This document shows, piece by piece, positions 55,559 through 64,000 of a stretch of DNA of 64,000 bases (positions within the stretch are counted from its first letter, which is position 1; every line of letters begins with the position of its first letter). Source of the stretch: Minisyncoccota bacterium (GTDB lineage Bacteria; Patescibacteriota; Minisyncoccia; JAHIHE01; JAGLIN01); NCBI GenBank assembly GCA_041661265.1, contig JBAZUT010000001.1, positions 1,854 through 65,853 on the forward strand, in the 5' to 3' direction. The position numbers and the translations under genes were made by a program. Below the pieces are notes generated by a model. The model had not been told where the DNA came from. It saw nothing but the letters and a program-made list of their open reading frames with translations, and did no database searches.

Positions 55559-56017
55559 CTAATGGCGTTCCCTTAGATCTATCAAATGTTGATATTGCCA
55601 ATTGCGTTCCTTGGCTATGGCATCGTTGGAATCCGTGGCTCTACAAATAGCCTGCTGAGCATAAATTGCTGAACCGATAGAATGTCTGGGAACATGCGCG
55701 GTCGCAACCGCCTGGCCGCAAGCTCGGGCAGCAGAGCGGGCCGCATCATCCTCCCCCGCTTCACGAGCGGCGGCATGAGAGTCAAGCGAAGCTTTGCGAA
55801 TAACCGCCATTTTGAATATTCCCGTATTTATCCATTCCTGGAGTGTTTCCAGAGCTTGCCGGGGACGACGGTCTTGGGGATGTTTTTTCTCAAAATATGG
55901 CAAAATGCGCTTGGCGCAATCGATCGCCCAAACAGCCAAAGTTTTCTTCTCGGTTTTTTTCACAAGCTCTAAAGTTGCCTCGTCCCTGAACGAAACTAAG
56001 GACCTTGGTCTTTTCAT
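55559..56017 (-). CDS. hypothetical protein
   Basis: ORF only. Confidence 0.45.
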   Translation of the reverse strand: MKRPRSLVSFRDEATLELVKKTEKKTLAVWAIDCAKRILPYFEKKHPQDRRPRQALETLQEWINTGIFKMAVIRKASLDSHAAAREAGEDDAARSAARACGQAVATAHVPRHSIGSAIYAQQAICRATDSNDAIAKERNWQYQHLIDLRERH

Positions 56018-56059
56018 ATTTTTAAAATTATAGGGGATCAGACGCCAATCGTCAACTCT

Positions 56060-56674
56060 TTAGTTCCACGGACTCAAAAATTCCCACAAAGACGCGATCA
56101 AAAATATCGGCAGCACAAGACAATAGATCCACAAAATATCCCGCAGCGCTTCCCTGGGAATCCCGAACCACATAAATCCTGCGTTTTTGAGCCGCGAACG
56201 GAACATGGAGAGGCCCGCCTGGATGCCCGCTCCGGCAGCAAGCGAATATGCGAGGAGTTGCATAAACACGACGGAAAAATAATAGAAAGCCTGCTTCGGA
56301 TGAATCAACCGGCTTATATGATCAGAATCAACTGAAACAATTCCCCCGACCCATCCTCTATATGCAACCACAGGATAGGGAAAAATAATCCCGAACCCTC
56401 CCAAAGTATCAGCCGCCGCCCCGATAGAATTACCGCCAAAATCAGCCAGCCCTTTTGATAGTTGACTCTTCTGATTCAAGATGACGCCGGCATGAGCTTT
56501 CGCCACCAAATTATCCCGATATGACAAAGCAAACTGGTTTCCCGAATGTACCATGACAATTCCAATCGCAACAGAAACAAAATATGTTGCTGCCACAGTG
56601 AGAATGGGAATTTTTGCCCGCCAGAGTGCGGATCTTATCTGAGTGATTATCATATTGTTTAATAACTCATGCAT
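56060..56674 (-). CDS. membrane protein, possibly SpoIIM/DUF95-like
   Basis: ~6 TM segments, weak family resemblance. Confidence 0.4.
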   Translation of the reverse strand: MHELLNNMIITQIRSALWRAKIPILTVAATYFVSVAIGIVMVHSGNQFALSYRDNLVAKAHAGVILNQKSQLSKGLADFGGNSIGAAADTLGGFGIIFPYPVVAYRGWVGGIVSVDSDHISRLIHPKQAFYYFSVVFMQLLAYSLAAGAGIQAGLSMFRSRLKNAGFMWFGIPREALRDILWIYCLVLPIFLIASLWEFLSPWN

Positions 56675-56710
56675 TAGAATGTCCAGCTCCTTAGATTGTA
56701 ACCAACCACC

Positions 56711-57088
56711 CTACCCCCCTTTCCCGAATTGGGCTGATTCCCAGCTATGCCCCAATTCAGCAAGTATTAGCCATACCCTAACTTCACCAAACAATGCATC
56801 CTTTTTTTGAAGATACTTGGCGATGTTCAAACATATTTGGTCTTGTCTTTCTACCCGATCCTTAAAAGAGTGAGCCGTTATTTCAATTTCTACATCACCG
56901 ATCATTCCCTCACCGCTAACATTAACGAGACGAATACTTACTTCTTCCGGTTTAAGCTTAATATCATTACAAGTTAATTCTTGAGCAATAAACTTTTTCA
57001 GATCATCTTTTAGTGAATTCGACATTAGCTGCCGACCAACGTCTTTTTGTTGACCTAAATCTTTATAAAAAATATTTACGGTTGGCAT
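56711..57088 (-). CDS. hypothetical protein (Pro2 after Met; tautomerase-like fold cannot be excluded)
   Basis: ORF only. Confidence 0.35.
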   Translation of the reverse strand: MPTVNIFYKDLGQQKDVGRQLMSNSLKDDLKKFIAQELTCNDIKLKPEEVSIRLVNVSGEGMIGDVEIEITAHSFKDRVERQDQICLNIAKYLQKKDALFGEVRVWLILAELGHSWESAQFGKGG

Positions 57089-57347
57089 AATAAATGATAT
57101 TTATGTTTATTTTAATTATTTTATAATTAATTCTTAAAACAAAAAACTTATCCCTTCTAAATTAACCACATTAAAACTCTTAGAGCGAATTTTATTATCT
57201 GAAAAATATATATCCAATTATACCCCCAACCAAACAGTTAACGGAATATTAGAAAAATAGAACAGAACATCAAACTCCTAATCTTTTAATTCAATCACCT
57301 CGAAATTTCCGCGGCGTCAGAAAAGGAATCCGGTACCTTTTAAATAT

Positions 57348-58454
57348 TTATATTCGTAGATCATTTATCCCCGCCAACTCTAATCCGCAAGCTGAAACTG
57401 CTCGTTTATAGCCATATAATTCATTTAAGGAACGATACCATTGATTTCTATATACAGCACGAGTAGCAACGGCGAGCATTTTCTTCTCTAAAGAATTGTC
57501 AAATAACTGTAAATATGGCAAAGCTTTTTCGATAAACTTAGAAGCGTAAATTTGCGATTCTTTAATAATTTCTCTTTCAACCATAATTTTGGCTATACTT
57601 TCAAGATCATTCTTTTGCGCTTTTTGATTACCAAAAGCTTTTTTGAACAACTCTTTTTCATTTTTACTTGCTTTTTCTAGAAATAAAATATTTATTATTG
57701 TATATCGACCATTTTTTATGTCTTCAAAATCTTTTATAATATCGCTTATATCATTGGTAACCATATAAGCTATACCGATATTTTCACCGAAATTTGATAA
57801 TGCATTAATTCTTTCATTACTGCCACCGGCGGCAATTCCACCAATTTTTAAAATATGCTCCCAATAATTATATGCATAAGTTCTTCTTTCGTAAACATCC
57901 ATAGAGGGTTCATTATTATGATTTTCAATAAAAAATCCTTCATAAATATCCTTTATAAAGCTAGATACAGTATTTAAAATATAATGTGTTTGTTGCTCAT
58001 TTAATTTTAATTTTTCTATTGATTCTCCAATTAAATCATAGGCTAAGCTAATAAGTATATGAGAGATTATAATTTTATCCTGTACATTTTGACGATTTTG
58101 ATAATATCCAGGATAATCAAAAATTTTGTCACAACAGTAATAAGAAAATTCTAACAAATCCATTGATGCTGCTATCGGTAAAAAATTTATTAAATCCTTA
58201 CCACCGCAAATCTCATATCCCAATCTTGCAATGTGAGATCTCATTTTTGGTTTACCAAGTCTTCCTATGGCTGCTTCGTATAGTTTTTTATAAATCTCGT
58301 CATTATTGCATATTCTGCCTTTCGACTTTTCAAAATAATTTAATATTATTGGATCTACGAGATTTGAAGTTTCCTCCATTATACGAAAATATTTATCAAG
58401 CAAAAGCATGATCTCTTTTCTTTCATCTTTTTTGGTTTTTTGACCTTGTTCCAT
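57348..58454 (-). CDS. polyprenyl-synthetase-superfamily-like protein with degenerate Asp-rich motifs
   Basis: GIAYMVTNDISDI resembles the second DDxxD motif. The first motif is replaced by CDKIFD. Confidence 0.4.
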   Translation of the reverse strand: MEQGQKTKKDERKEIMLLLDKYFRIMEETSNLVDPIILNYFEKSKGRICNNDEIYKKLYEAAIGRLGKPKMRSHIARLGYEICGGKDLINFLPIAASMDLLEFSYYCCDKIFDYPGYYQNRQNVQDKIIISHILISLAYDLIGESIEKLKLNEQQTHYILNTVSSFIKDIYEGFFIENHNNEPSMDVYERRTYAYNYWEHILKIGGIAAGGSNERINALSNFGENIGIAYMVTNDISDIIKDFEDIKNGRYTIINILFLEKASKNEKELFKKAFGNQKAQKNDLESIAKIMVEREIIKESQIYASKFIEKALPYLQLFDNSLEKKMLAVATRAVYRNQWYRSLNELYGYKRAVSACGLELAGINDLRI

Positions 58455-58563
58455 ACATTTATATAACTTGCGGATGTTTAATTAAATCTCTGATTGAAAC
58501 CGCCTATACTTTAACGATTTTAATTTACAACTATTCCATTGTATTATTAGGTAAATAAAACAG

Positions 58564-59028
58564 CTATTCTGTCCCCAACTGAATAGTCAAAGGAATATTT
58601 GAAAAATAAGAAAGCACATCGAACTTTGAATCTTTTAATTCGATCATCTCGAAATTTACACGATCAATAAGCTTAAAATGCTCGTCATCTTTCAAATACT
58701 TTTCCTTGAAAGAATTGTAATCCCTGAGAGTAAAATCGGCGTCTCCGCGCTCCAGACGTGCTGGATCTGGCTTGCGAACTTTGAGAAGCCAAAGAGGCCC
58801 GGCAAGAGTTTGAAGCGGTTTATAAAATTTATAAAGAGGTCCAGTCGAGTTATCCTCCACAACATCACCAAGCTCAGAGGCTTCCCTGTTCAGCGCTTCA
58901 TATTCAGCCCTACTCTGACAAAAAATCGCCGAGTAGTTTACTTTTGTTGATTCATCCAATATATGAATTTTATTTAATTCTATTGTTCTTGGAATAATGT
59001 ATTCCAAGATTCCAGAAACTGTATTCAT
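58564..59028 (-). CDS. hypothetical protein
   Basis: ORF only. Confidence 0.4.
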   Translation of the reverse strand: MNTVSGILEYIIPRTIELNKIHILDESTKVNYSAIFCQSRAEYEALNREASELGDVVEDNSTGPLYKFYKPLQTLAGPLWLLKVRKPDPARLERGDADFTLRDYNSFKEKYLKDDEHFKLIDRVNFEMIELKDSKFDVLSYFSNIPLTIQLGTE

Positions 59029-59049
59029 AATAATTTGAAAAATGTGACT

Positions 59050-59790
59050 TTATCCAATCAGCACTTTGATAGCGGAAATTATAACAACAGTGCTGAAAAA
59101 AGCTTTTACCCATCTGTTCCCTTTCTTCACTGCGATATGAGCACCTAAATAACCGCCGATCAGCATTCCGATAAACAAAGGGATTCCTATCTGATAATCT
59201 ATTATACCATTAGCCATAAATATTATAACCGAGGCAACGGAAAAAATAGTGAAGGAAACCAGTTCGGTGGCATTCGCTTCGATCATCGGCAGTCCAAAAA
59301 AGAAAACAACGATACTGATCAAAATGGCGCCAAAGCCGCCAAAAAAACTGGCAATTATTGAAATTAGAAAATACAGGATATAGCCAACTATTTTATAATT
59401 TCTTGAAGTGGTTTTGTTTTCCAAACCAAAATCCTTTTTAAGAAAAATAGTCGGCACAAGAAGAAGGAGCAAGACTCCGGTCAGAGTTTTTAATGAAGCG
59501 GGATCAGCGGATAATAAGATTTTTGATCCGATCACGCTGGAAAAAATACCAGCGACGCTTAAACCAATGGCATATTTCCAAACTATTTTCTTTTCTTTTA
59601 TAAATTTATACAACCCGCCGATACTGAGCCCGATCCCGCCGAATTTGTTCGTCGCCAAAGTTATCTGCGGCGGAATGCCATAAAGCAGTAGGAGAGATAT
59701 CGAAAATAGTCCCCCTCCGCCGGCTACCGCTCCAACAAATCCGGAAAGGACACCGGCGAAAAAAATTGAAATTAATTGGACAAATATCAT
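59050..59790 (-). CDS. TauE/SafE-family (DUF81) sulfite exporter-like membrane protein
   Basis: GFVGAVAGGGGLFSISLLLLYGIPPQIATNKF signature. Confidence 0.75.
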   Translation of the reverse strand: MIFVQLISIFFAGVLSGFVGAVAGGGGLFSISLLLLYGIPPQITLATNKFGGIGLSIGGLYKFIKEKKIVWKYAIGLSVAGIFSSVIGSKILLSADPASLKTLTGVLLLLLVPTIFLKKDFGLENKTTSRNYKIVGYILYFLISIIASFFGGFGAILISIVVFFFGLPMIEANATELVSFTIFSVASVIIFMANGIIDYQIGIPLFIGMLIGGYLGAHIAVKKGNRWVKAFFSTVVIISAIKVLIG

Positions 59791-59972
59791 TTAAATATTT
59801 TTATTGTTCGGAAAAGATATCGGGTTATTTTAGTTACATTTGGCCATCGGTACATAAAACTCCTTGAACCAATGATAGCTTAAACTATAGGAAAAATCAA
59901 CAAAAAAACCGCCTTAAAGCGGATTTTTACGGCTTGCTGACATTCCCTAAGTCTTTCTCATTCAAACCTCGC

Positions 59973-60296
59973 TTATTCAACCCAAACTGCTGTTCCATAG
60001 CAAAGCACTTCGGTCACTCCTGACATAATTTCATTCGCATCATAGCGGACTCCGACAATGGCATTCGCGCCCATTTCTTCCGCGTGCTTGACCATCAGAT
60101 CAAAAGCTTCCTGACGCGTTCTTTCGCATAAACTTGTGAACAGAGTGATATTCCCTCCGACGAGAGTATGAAGCGCGCCGCCAAGAGTTCCGAAAATCGA
60201 TCTGGATCTCACCGTGATCCCTTTCACCAAGCCGAAATTCTTAACTATTTTCTTGCCCGGCAATTCGAGCACCGTGGTGATATTGTTGTATTCCAT
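59973..60296 (-). CDS. YbjQ/UPF0145 heavy-metal-binding-domain protein
   Basis: TVRSRSIFGTLGGALHTLVGG...GANAIVGVRYD family signature. Confidence 0.75.
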   Translation of the reverse strand: MEYNNITTVLELPGKKIVKNFGLVKGITVRSRSIFGTLGGALHTLVGGNITLFTSLCERTRQEAFDLMVKHAEEMGANAIVGVRYDANEIMSGVTEVLCYGTAVWVE

Positions 60297-60487
60297 ATTT
60301 ATAAATATTATTTAATAAACAATACGATGTCCGTCCTTAAATTTCAAACTGTAAATTTAATACGTAAAATTAATCTAGTTTTTTTTAATCAAGCTCGCCT
60401 TCGCGAATCTACTGGCCTGGCTTCGCCGGAGGCTACGCCAAGGCGAGCGGACTGTGTCACGCCGTAGCTTCGCTTCGGCGAAGCGAA

Positions 60488-60632
60488 GGCGGTGTGCGTT
60501 CGAAAATATCCGAACCGATTTCAGCGAAAATTAAGCGGAGCGGGCAGAATTTTTACCCCGTAGCGAGCTCGCTCTGCTTCGGGGCACCCCCAAACCCCCC
60601 TTCCGCCCGCCCGCGGAGGCGACCATTTCAGA
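60488..60632. repeat. left copy of 145-bp perfect inverted repeat (IR-A)
   Basis: Reverse complement of 61942-62086, identical over ~145 bp, contains the 12-bp palindrome AGCGAGCTCGCT (60562-60573). Confidence 0.85.
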
Positions 60633-60724
60633 TTGGACGATTTCAAGTTTTCTTTGGCGGCAAATTCTTTTAATTCGGAAAGTCGGGACTCAACGCTAAA
60701 AATTGTCGTTTTGTCCGGCATAAA

Positions 60725-61123
60725 CTATATTAATCTTATAAGAATAAAAGCTCCGATAATCCAATCATAGATCATACAAAAATAAATGTACCATTCCGGC
60801 ACTTTTGTTTTTACAATTTGAGATTCTCTGCGATGAATCGCATCCCATATCCCGTGCCAAAAATAACCGATAACGAGAACTAAAGGATTAATCCATAAAC
60901 CAGCGAGTATTAAGATAAAAAATAGCGTAATATTCGTTACTTCTATAATAATTTCTTTAGCGCCCCCGCTCAAAAAAGCATAACCAAAATAAACCGCAGC
61001 AATTCCCATAAGAACTACTGCAAAGAATTCTATTTCTTTTGGCTTTGAAAAAAACGAAGCAATAATAATCGTTATCAATGATAGAATTATTCCTAATATT
61101 AATCCTCTGTTTTTTTCACTCAT
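60725..61123 (-). CDS. membrane protein (hypothetical), paralog of 61159-61581
   Basis: Shared LAGLW(I/V)NPL...WD...P motifs, 4 TM segments. Confidence 0.5.
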   Translation of the reverse strand: MSEKNRGLILGIILSLITIIIASFFSKPKEIEFFAVVLMGIAAVYFGYAFLSGGAKEIIIEVTNITLFFILILAGLWINPLVLVIGYFWHGIWDAIHRRESQIVKTKVPEWYIYFCMIYDWIIGAFILIRLI

Positions 61124-61158
61124 AGTTCATAAAATTTAATAGTTAATATTTATCATTT

Positions 61159-61581
61159 TTACCGCCACCAAACTAAAATAAACACGCCGAGCAGAATGTC
61201 GAAAGCAACACATGTAGGCACATACCAAAATGCAACGGATGTATTGAGAGTCTTTGGATGTTCAATGATGATGTCCCAGACAGCATGTACAAAACATGCC
61301 AACGCGAGAAATAATGGATTCACCCAAAGACCTGCAAGCGCGAGAACGAAAAAAACCGCGGAAGCTCCGTCTTGAAGAGCAGCCTTCTTTAGGCTGGCAG
61401 TTAACAGTCCTACACCCAAATAAACGCCGCCAAAATATCCGACTAAAACAACCAAAATATCTCGAGCATGTGCCTTAGATAATAATGTAATAGCAAAAGA
61501 GACAACAATGGCGCCAATTACGCCAATGAACATAGGTATTTTACGATTCATAATATTTCCCTTCATATTTTCTTGTTCCAT
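61159..61581 (-). CDS. membrane protein (hypothetical), paralog of 60725-61123
   Basis: As above. Confidence 0.5.
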   Translation of the reverse strand: MEQENMKGNIMNRKIPMFIGVIGAIVVSFAITLLSKAHARDILVVLVGYFGGVYLGVGLLTASLKKAALQDGASAVFFVLALAGLWVNPLFLALACFVHAVWDIIIEHPKTLNTSVAFWYVPTCVAFDILLGVFILVWWR

Positions 61582-61590
61582 ATTATTATT

Positions 61591-61797
61591 TTATTTTATT
61601 AGATCTTCAATTGAAACGCCAAGAGCTTTAGCAATCTTTGCCATAATTAACACAGACGGTTTTTTAATCACATTACTCTCAATTTTTGTCAGGGTGGTAT
61701 ATTTAACACCAGATTTTTTGGCAAAATCCTCCTGCGATAAACCTAGCTTTGCGCGATATCGTTTTATATTTTCTCCAATATTGATTTCTGTTGCCAT
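61591..61797 (-). CDS. XRE-family (Cro/C1-type) helix-turn-helix transcriptional regulator
   Basis: IKRYRAKLGLSQEDFAKKSGVKYTTLTKIESN HTH signature. Confidence 0.8.
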   Translation of the reverse strand: MATEINIGENIKRYRAKLGLSQEDFAKKSGVKYTTLTKIESNVIKKPSVLIMAKIAKALGVSIEDLIK

Positions 61798-61941
61798 AAT
61801 TTCAATAATTTGATAGTATTATACTGATATGATATTATTTCAATATAATACTATCACAAAATTATAAATTCGGGAAGCCCGCTTTTGGCCTAAAATGAAT
61901 TCGAGCCGATATTTTTTCAGGTTCTTTGGCAGTTTTTCAAT

Positions 61942-62086
61942 TCTGAAATGGTCGCCTCCGCGGGCGGGCGGAAGGGGGGTTTGGGGGTGCCCCGAAGCAG
62001 AGCGAGCTCGCTACGGGGTAAAAATTCTGCCCGCTCCGCTTAATTTTCGCTGAAATCGGTTCGGATATTTTCGAACGCACACCGCC
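61942..62086. repeat. right copy of 145-bp inverted repeat (IR-A); its last 5 bp (CCGCC) are shared with IR-B
   Basis: Reverse complement of 60488-60632. Confidence 0.85.
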
Positions 62087-62140
62087 AGTTGGAAAACTGG
62101 GGGGAATTGGCAAGGGTTCGCCAGCCGATTTTCCCTTTAT
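62082..62140. repeat. left copy of ~58-bp inverted repeat (IR-B), begins with CCGCCA (= tRNA-Ser 3' end sequence)
   Basis: Reverse complement of 63600-63657. Confidence 0.8.
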
Positions 62141-62217
62141 GAATTTTTTATCTTTGCCCGCAGTAGCGGGCAGGCCAAAAGCGGGCTTCCCGAATTTTCT
62201 ATTTAATTTTAAAAACT

Positions 62218-63690
62218 ATGAAATATTTTATCTACACAAGAAAATCAACGGACAGTGAAGAAAGGCAAGTTTTAAGCATTGAATCTCAAATTTCCGAATT
62301 AAAAGAATTTGCCGCCAAAGAAAAACTTGAAATCGTCGCCTCGCCAAGCGAGGCAAAAACTGCCAAAGAACCTGGCCGAACTGTGTTCGGCGAAATGCTT
62401 GATCGGATTGAAAAAGGCGAAGCCTGCGGAATTTTGGCTTGGCATCCGGATCGACTGGCTAGAAATTCAATTGACGGAGGTAAAATCATTTATTTGCTGG
62501 ACACTGGAAAAATAAAAGATTTGAAGTTTCCGACATTTTGGTTTGATAGTACGCCGCAGGGAAAATTTATGCTAAACATTGCCTTTGGCCAAAGTAAGTA
62601 TTACATCGACAATCTAAGCGAGAATATCAAGCGTGGACACCGAGCAAAACTACGAAAAGGCATTTGGCCGACTTTTGCCCCGCTTGGTTATTTGAATAAC
62701 CACAAAACCAAAGGGATTGATATTGACCCTGAAAGAGCGTCATTTATTAGAAAAGCCTTTGAGCTTTACGGAACTGGTGAATACACACTAAAAGCCATTG
62801 TAAAGGTTTTGGGGCAAGCGGGGCTAAAAAGCTACAAAGGCAATGTTCTTTCCGTCTCCAGTGTCCAGCGTATGCTTCAAAACTCGATTTATTACGGCGT
62901 ATTTTCTTTCAATGGCTAAGTTTACGACGGAACGCATGAGCCGATTATTTCCAAGAAACTTTTTGATACTGTTCAACAAGTCATGAGTAATCGAGGAAAA
63001 AAGCAAAGAAAGAGAAAGCGTGAATTTGCTTTTTCAGGTTTGATGAAATGCGGTTCTTGTGATTGCCTCATAACCGCCGAAAAGCAAAAAGGACATCACT
63101 ATTATCGCTGCACCAAGAAAAAGCAAAAGTGCGATGAAAAATATTTGCGGGAAGAAAAACTTGTTGAACAAATGAAAGCAGTTATTCAAAAAGTTTCTTT
63201 GCCTGACGATTGGGTGAAAAATATGCTTTTAGAGATAGACAAAGAAAAAGAGCAAGTCAACGAAGAAACAAAAAATATTGTTCAAAATCTTTATAGCCGA
63301 AAAATTGAAATTGAAACAACAACCGAAAAACTGCTTGATCTTTTTATTGAAGGCAAAAGCATTGAGCCCGAAGAATACCAAGCTAAAAAACAAAAACTTC
63401 TCAATGAGAAGCTGGACATACAACAGCGGATAAAGGATTTTGAACAAATGGGAAATAATCGGCTCGAACCGATGAAAGAAATGATTTTAGCCAGTAGCCA
63501 AGCCAAAATTCTTTTGTCGCAAGGCGACAATCAAAAAATCCGAGCATTTCTAAAAAATATCGGCTCGAACTTCATTTTGAAAGATAAAAAATTCTTATTT
63601 AAAGGGAAAATCGGCTGGCGAACCCTTGCCAATTCCCCCCAGTTTTCCAACTGGCGGAGAGGGAGGGAGTCGAACCCTCGAGACTTTTGA
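62218..63690 (+). pseudogene. large serine recombinase (resolvase catalytic domain + recombinase domain + zinc-ribbon + coiled coil) interrupted by an in-frame TAA at 62917-62919; 3' end uncertain (ORF runs into IR-B/tRNA)
   Basis: YTRKSTDSEERQ catalytic Ser region. ...FSFNG*VYDGTHEPIIS... continues in the same frame. FSGLMKCGSCDCLITAEKQKGHHYYRC zinc ribbon. Confidence 0.8.
63600..63657. repeat. right copy of IR-B, abutting/overlapping the 3' end of tRNA-Ser
   Basis: Reverse complement of 62082-62139. Last 6 nt are the tRNA 3' terminus. Confidence 0.8.
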
Positions 63691-63741
63691 CGGTCTACCG
63701 CCTTTCCAAGGCGGCGCACTCGACCACTATGCGACCTCTCC
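63652..63741 (-). tRNA. tRNA-Ser (anticodon GGA), type II with long variable arm, encoded CCA
   Basis: GGAGAGG acceptor, 3-bp D stem, anticodon loop TTGGAAA, T-arm GAGGG-TTCGACT-CCCTC, 3' CCTCTCC-G-CCA. Confidence 0.9.
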
Positions 63742-63985
63742 AAATGTGTCATGTAGCAAAAAACATGAAACTTGAAACAAAGAACAAGCCGTTTATCAAT
63801 CGATATTTTTGCTAATTAAATATACTATTATTTCGGGGATTTGTAAATAATGGAGGTCAAAAGGCTTTTTTCGGAAAATAGCAGGATATTGTTGACCGAT
63901 GGGAGATTTTGTGATACAAGATAATGATACTCGGTCCAAACGCCTGAGTATAAACAGATAGGACAGTTCTAAAGGAGGAATTTGG

Positions 63986-64000
63986 ATGAAAAGGTTTATA
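63986..64000 (+). CDS. 5' end of a plus-strand gene (partial, only MKRFI visible)
   Basis: AAAGGAGG-N7-ATG at the window edge. Confidence 0.25.

Noticed and set aside
60344-60488. Integron attC-like site or tRNA fragment in the GC-rich palindromic stretch left of IR-A
   Set aside because: There is no GTTRRRY core pair, no integron integrase nearby, and no cloverleaf. The stretch is better explained as recombinase-binding palindromes at the element boundary, so it is kept under the composite-element finding.
60521-60721. ORF-track gene 60521-60721 (MPDKTTIFSVESRLSELKEFAAKE...)
   Set aside because: It is not an independent gene. It is a duplicated fragment of the recombinase 5' end that reads through into inverted repeat IR-A.
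60488-62086. 145-bp perfect inverted repeat as a pure assembly/MDA chimera artifact
   Set aside because: It cannot be excluded without reads, but it is not rejected as biology. Both copies have distinct, sensible flanks. A second independent IR pair shares the same CCGCC core that is also the tRNA 3' end. A recombinase gene sits inside.
1-64000. CRISPR arrays, rRNA genes, phage structural modules
   Set aside because: No regularly spaced direct repeats with unique spacers were found. The periodic repeats present are coding (Gly tracts, PTPE linker). There are no 16S/23S-like conserved stretches and no capsid/terminase/tail-like proteins.

Overview
This 64-kb window looks like an accessory-rich stretch of a bacterial genome, probably from an uncultivated lineage, and is densely coding with about 75 CDS, mostly on the minus strand. 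The bacterial call is inference from strong AGGAGG Shine-Dalgarno sites, textbook TTGACA-17-TATAAT promoters and a tRNA with an encoded CCA. Contents in order:
- **Giant surface-protein gene (1-7238, minus strand).** Truncated at the window edge, more than 2400 aa, with internal tandem duplication, Gly-rich tracts and FN3-like repeats.
- **Ordinary metabolic and stress genes.** Flavodoxin, TetR, NUDIX, a NOX/ferric-reductase-like protein co-operonic with a secreted di-cytochrome-b5 protein, CDGSH Fe-S, an AlkD-like repair enzyme, an APH-like kinase, HD hydrolase, M14 peptidase, an AEC transporter, CN-hydrolase, FTR1 iron permease, comB-thiM-thiE, TauE and YbjQ.
- **Candidate defense island (34.1-38.1 kb).** A tightly packed, co-directional, AT-rich operon of an Mrr-family nuclease, a Dcm C5-cytosine methyltransferase, a GHKL-ATPase protein with a C-terminal Rx4H (HEPN-like) motif, and Vsr. 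I could not place this arrangement in any described defense-system type from memory, and it is the strongest candidate for an undescribed system. It is flanked by a SET-domain protein, an AadA-like nucleotidyltransferase and a CDF transporter.
- **Composite mobile element (60.49-63.66 kb).** About 3.2 kb, bounded by GGCGG cores and abutting the 3' end of tRNA-Ser(GGA). A 145-bp perfect inverted-repeat pair encloses an XRE regulator plus two paralogous membrane proteins. A second, roughly 58-bp inverted-repeat pair encloses a large serine recombinase interrupted by an in-frame TAA, and a spare copy of the recombinase 5' end lies at the opposite side.
- **Repeats and duplications.** A MITE-like interspersed repeat family, duplicated promoter/leader cassettes, a duplicated block encoding a 47-48 aa CxxC mini-protein, and coding trinucleotide repeats.
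- **Absent.** No CRISPR array, no rRNA, no recognisable phage structural genes.
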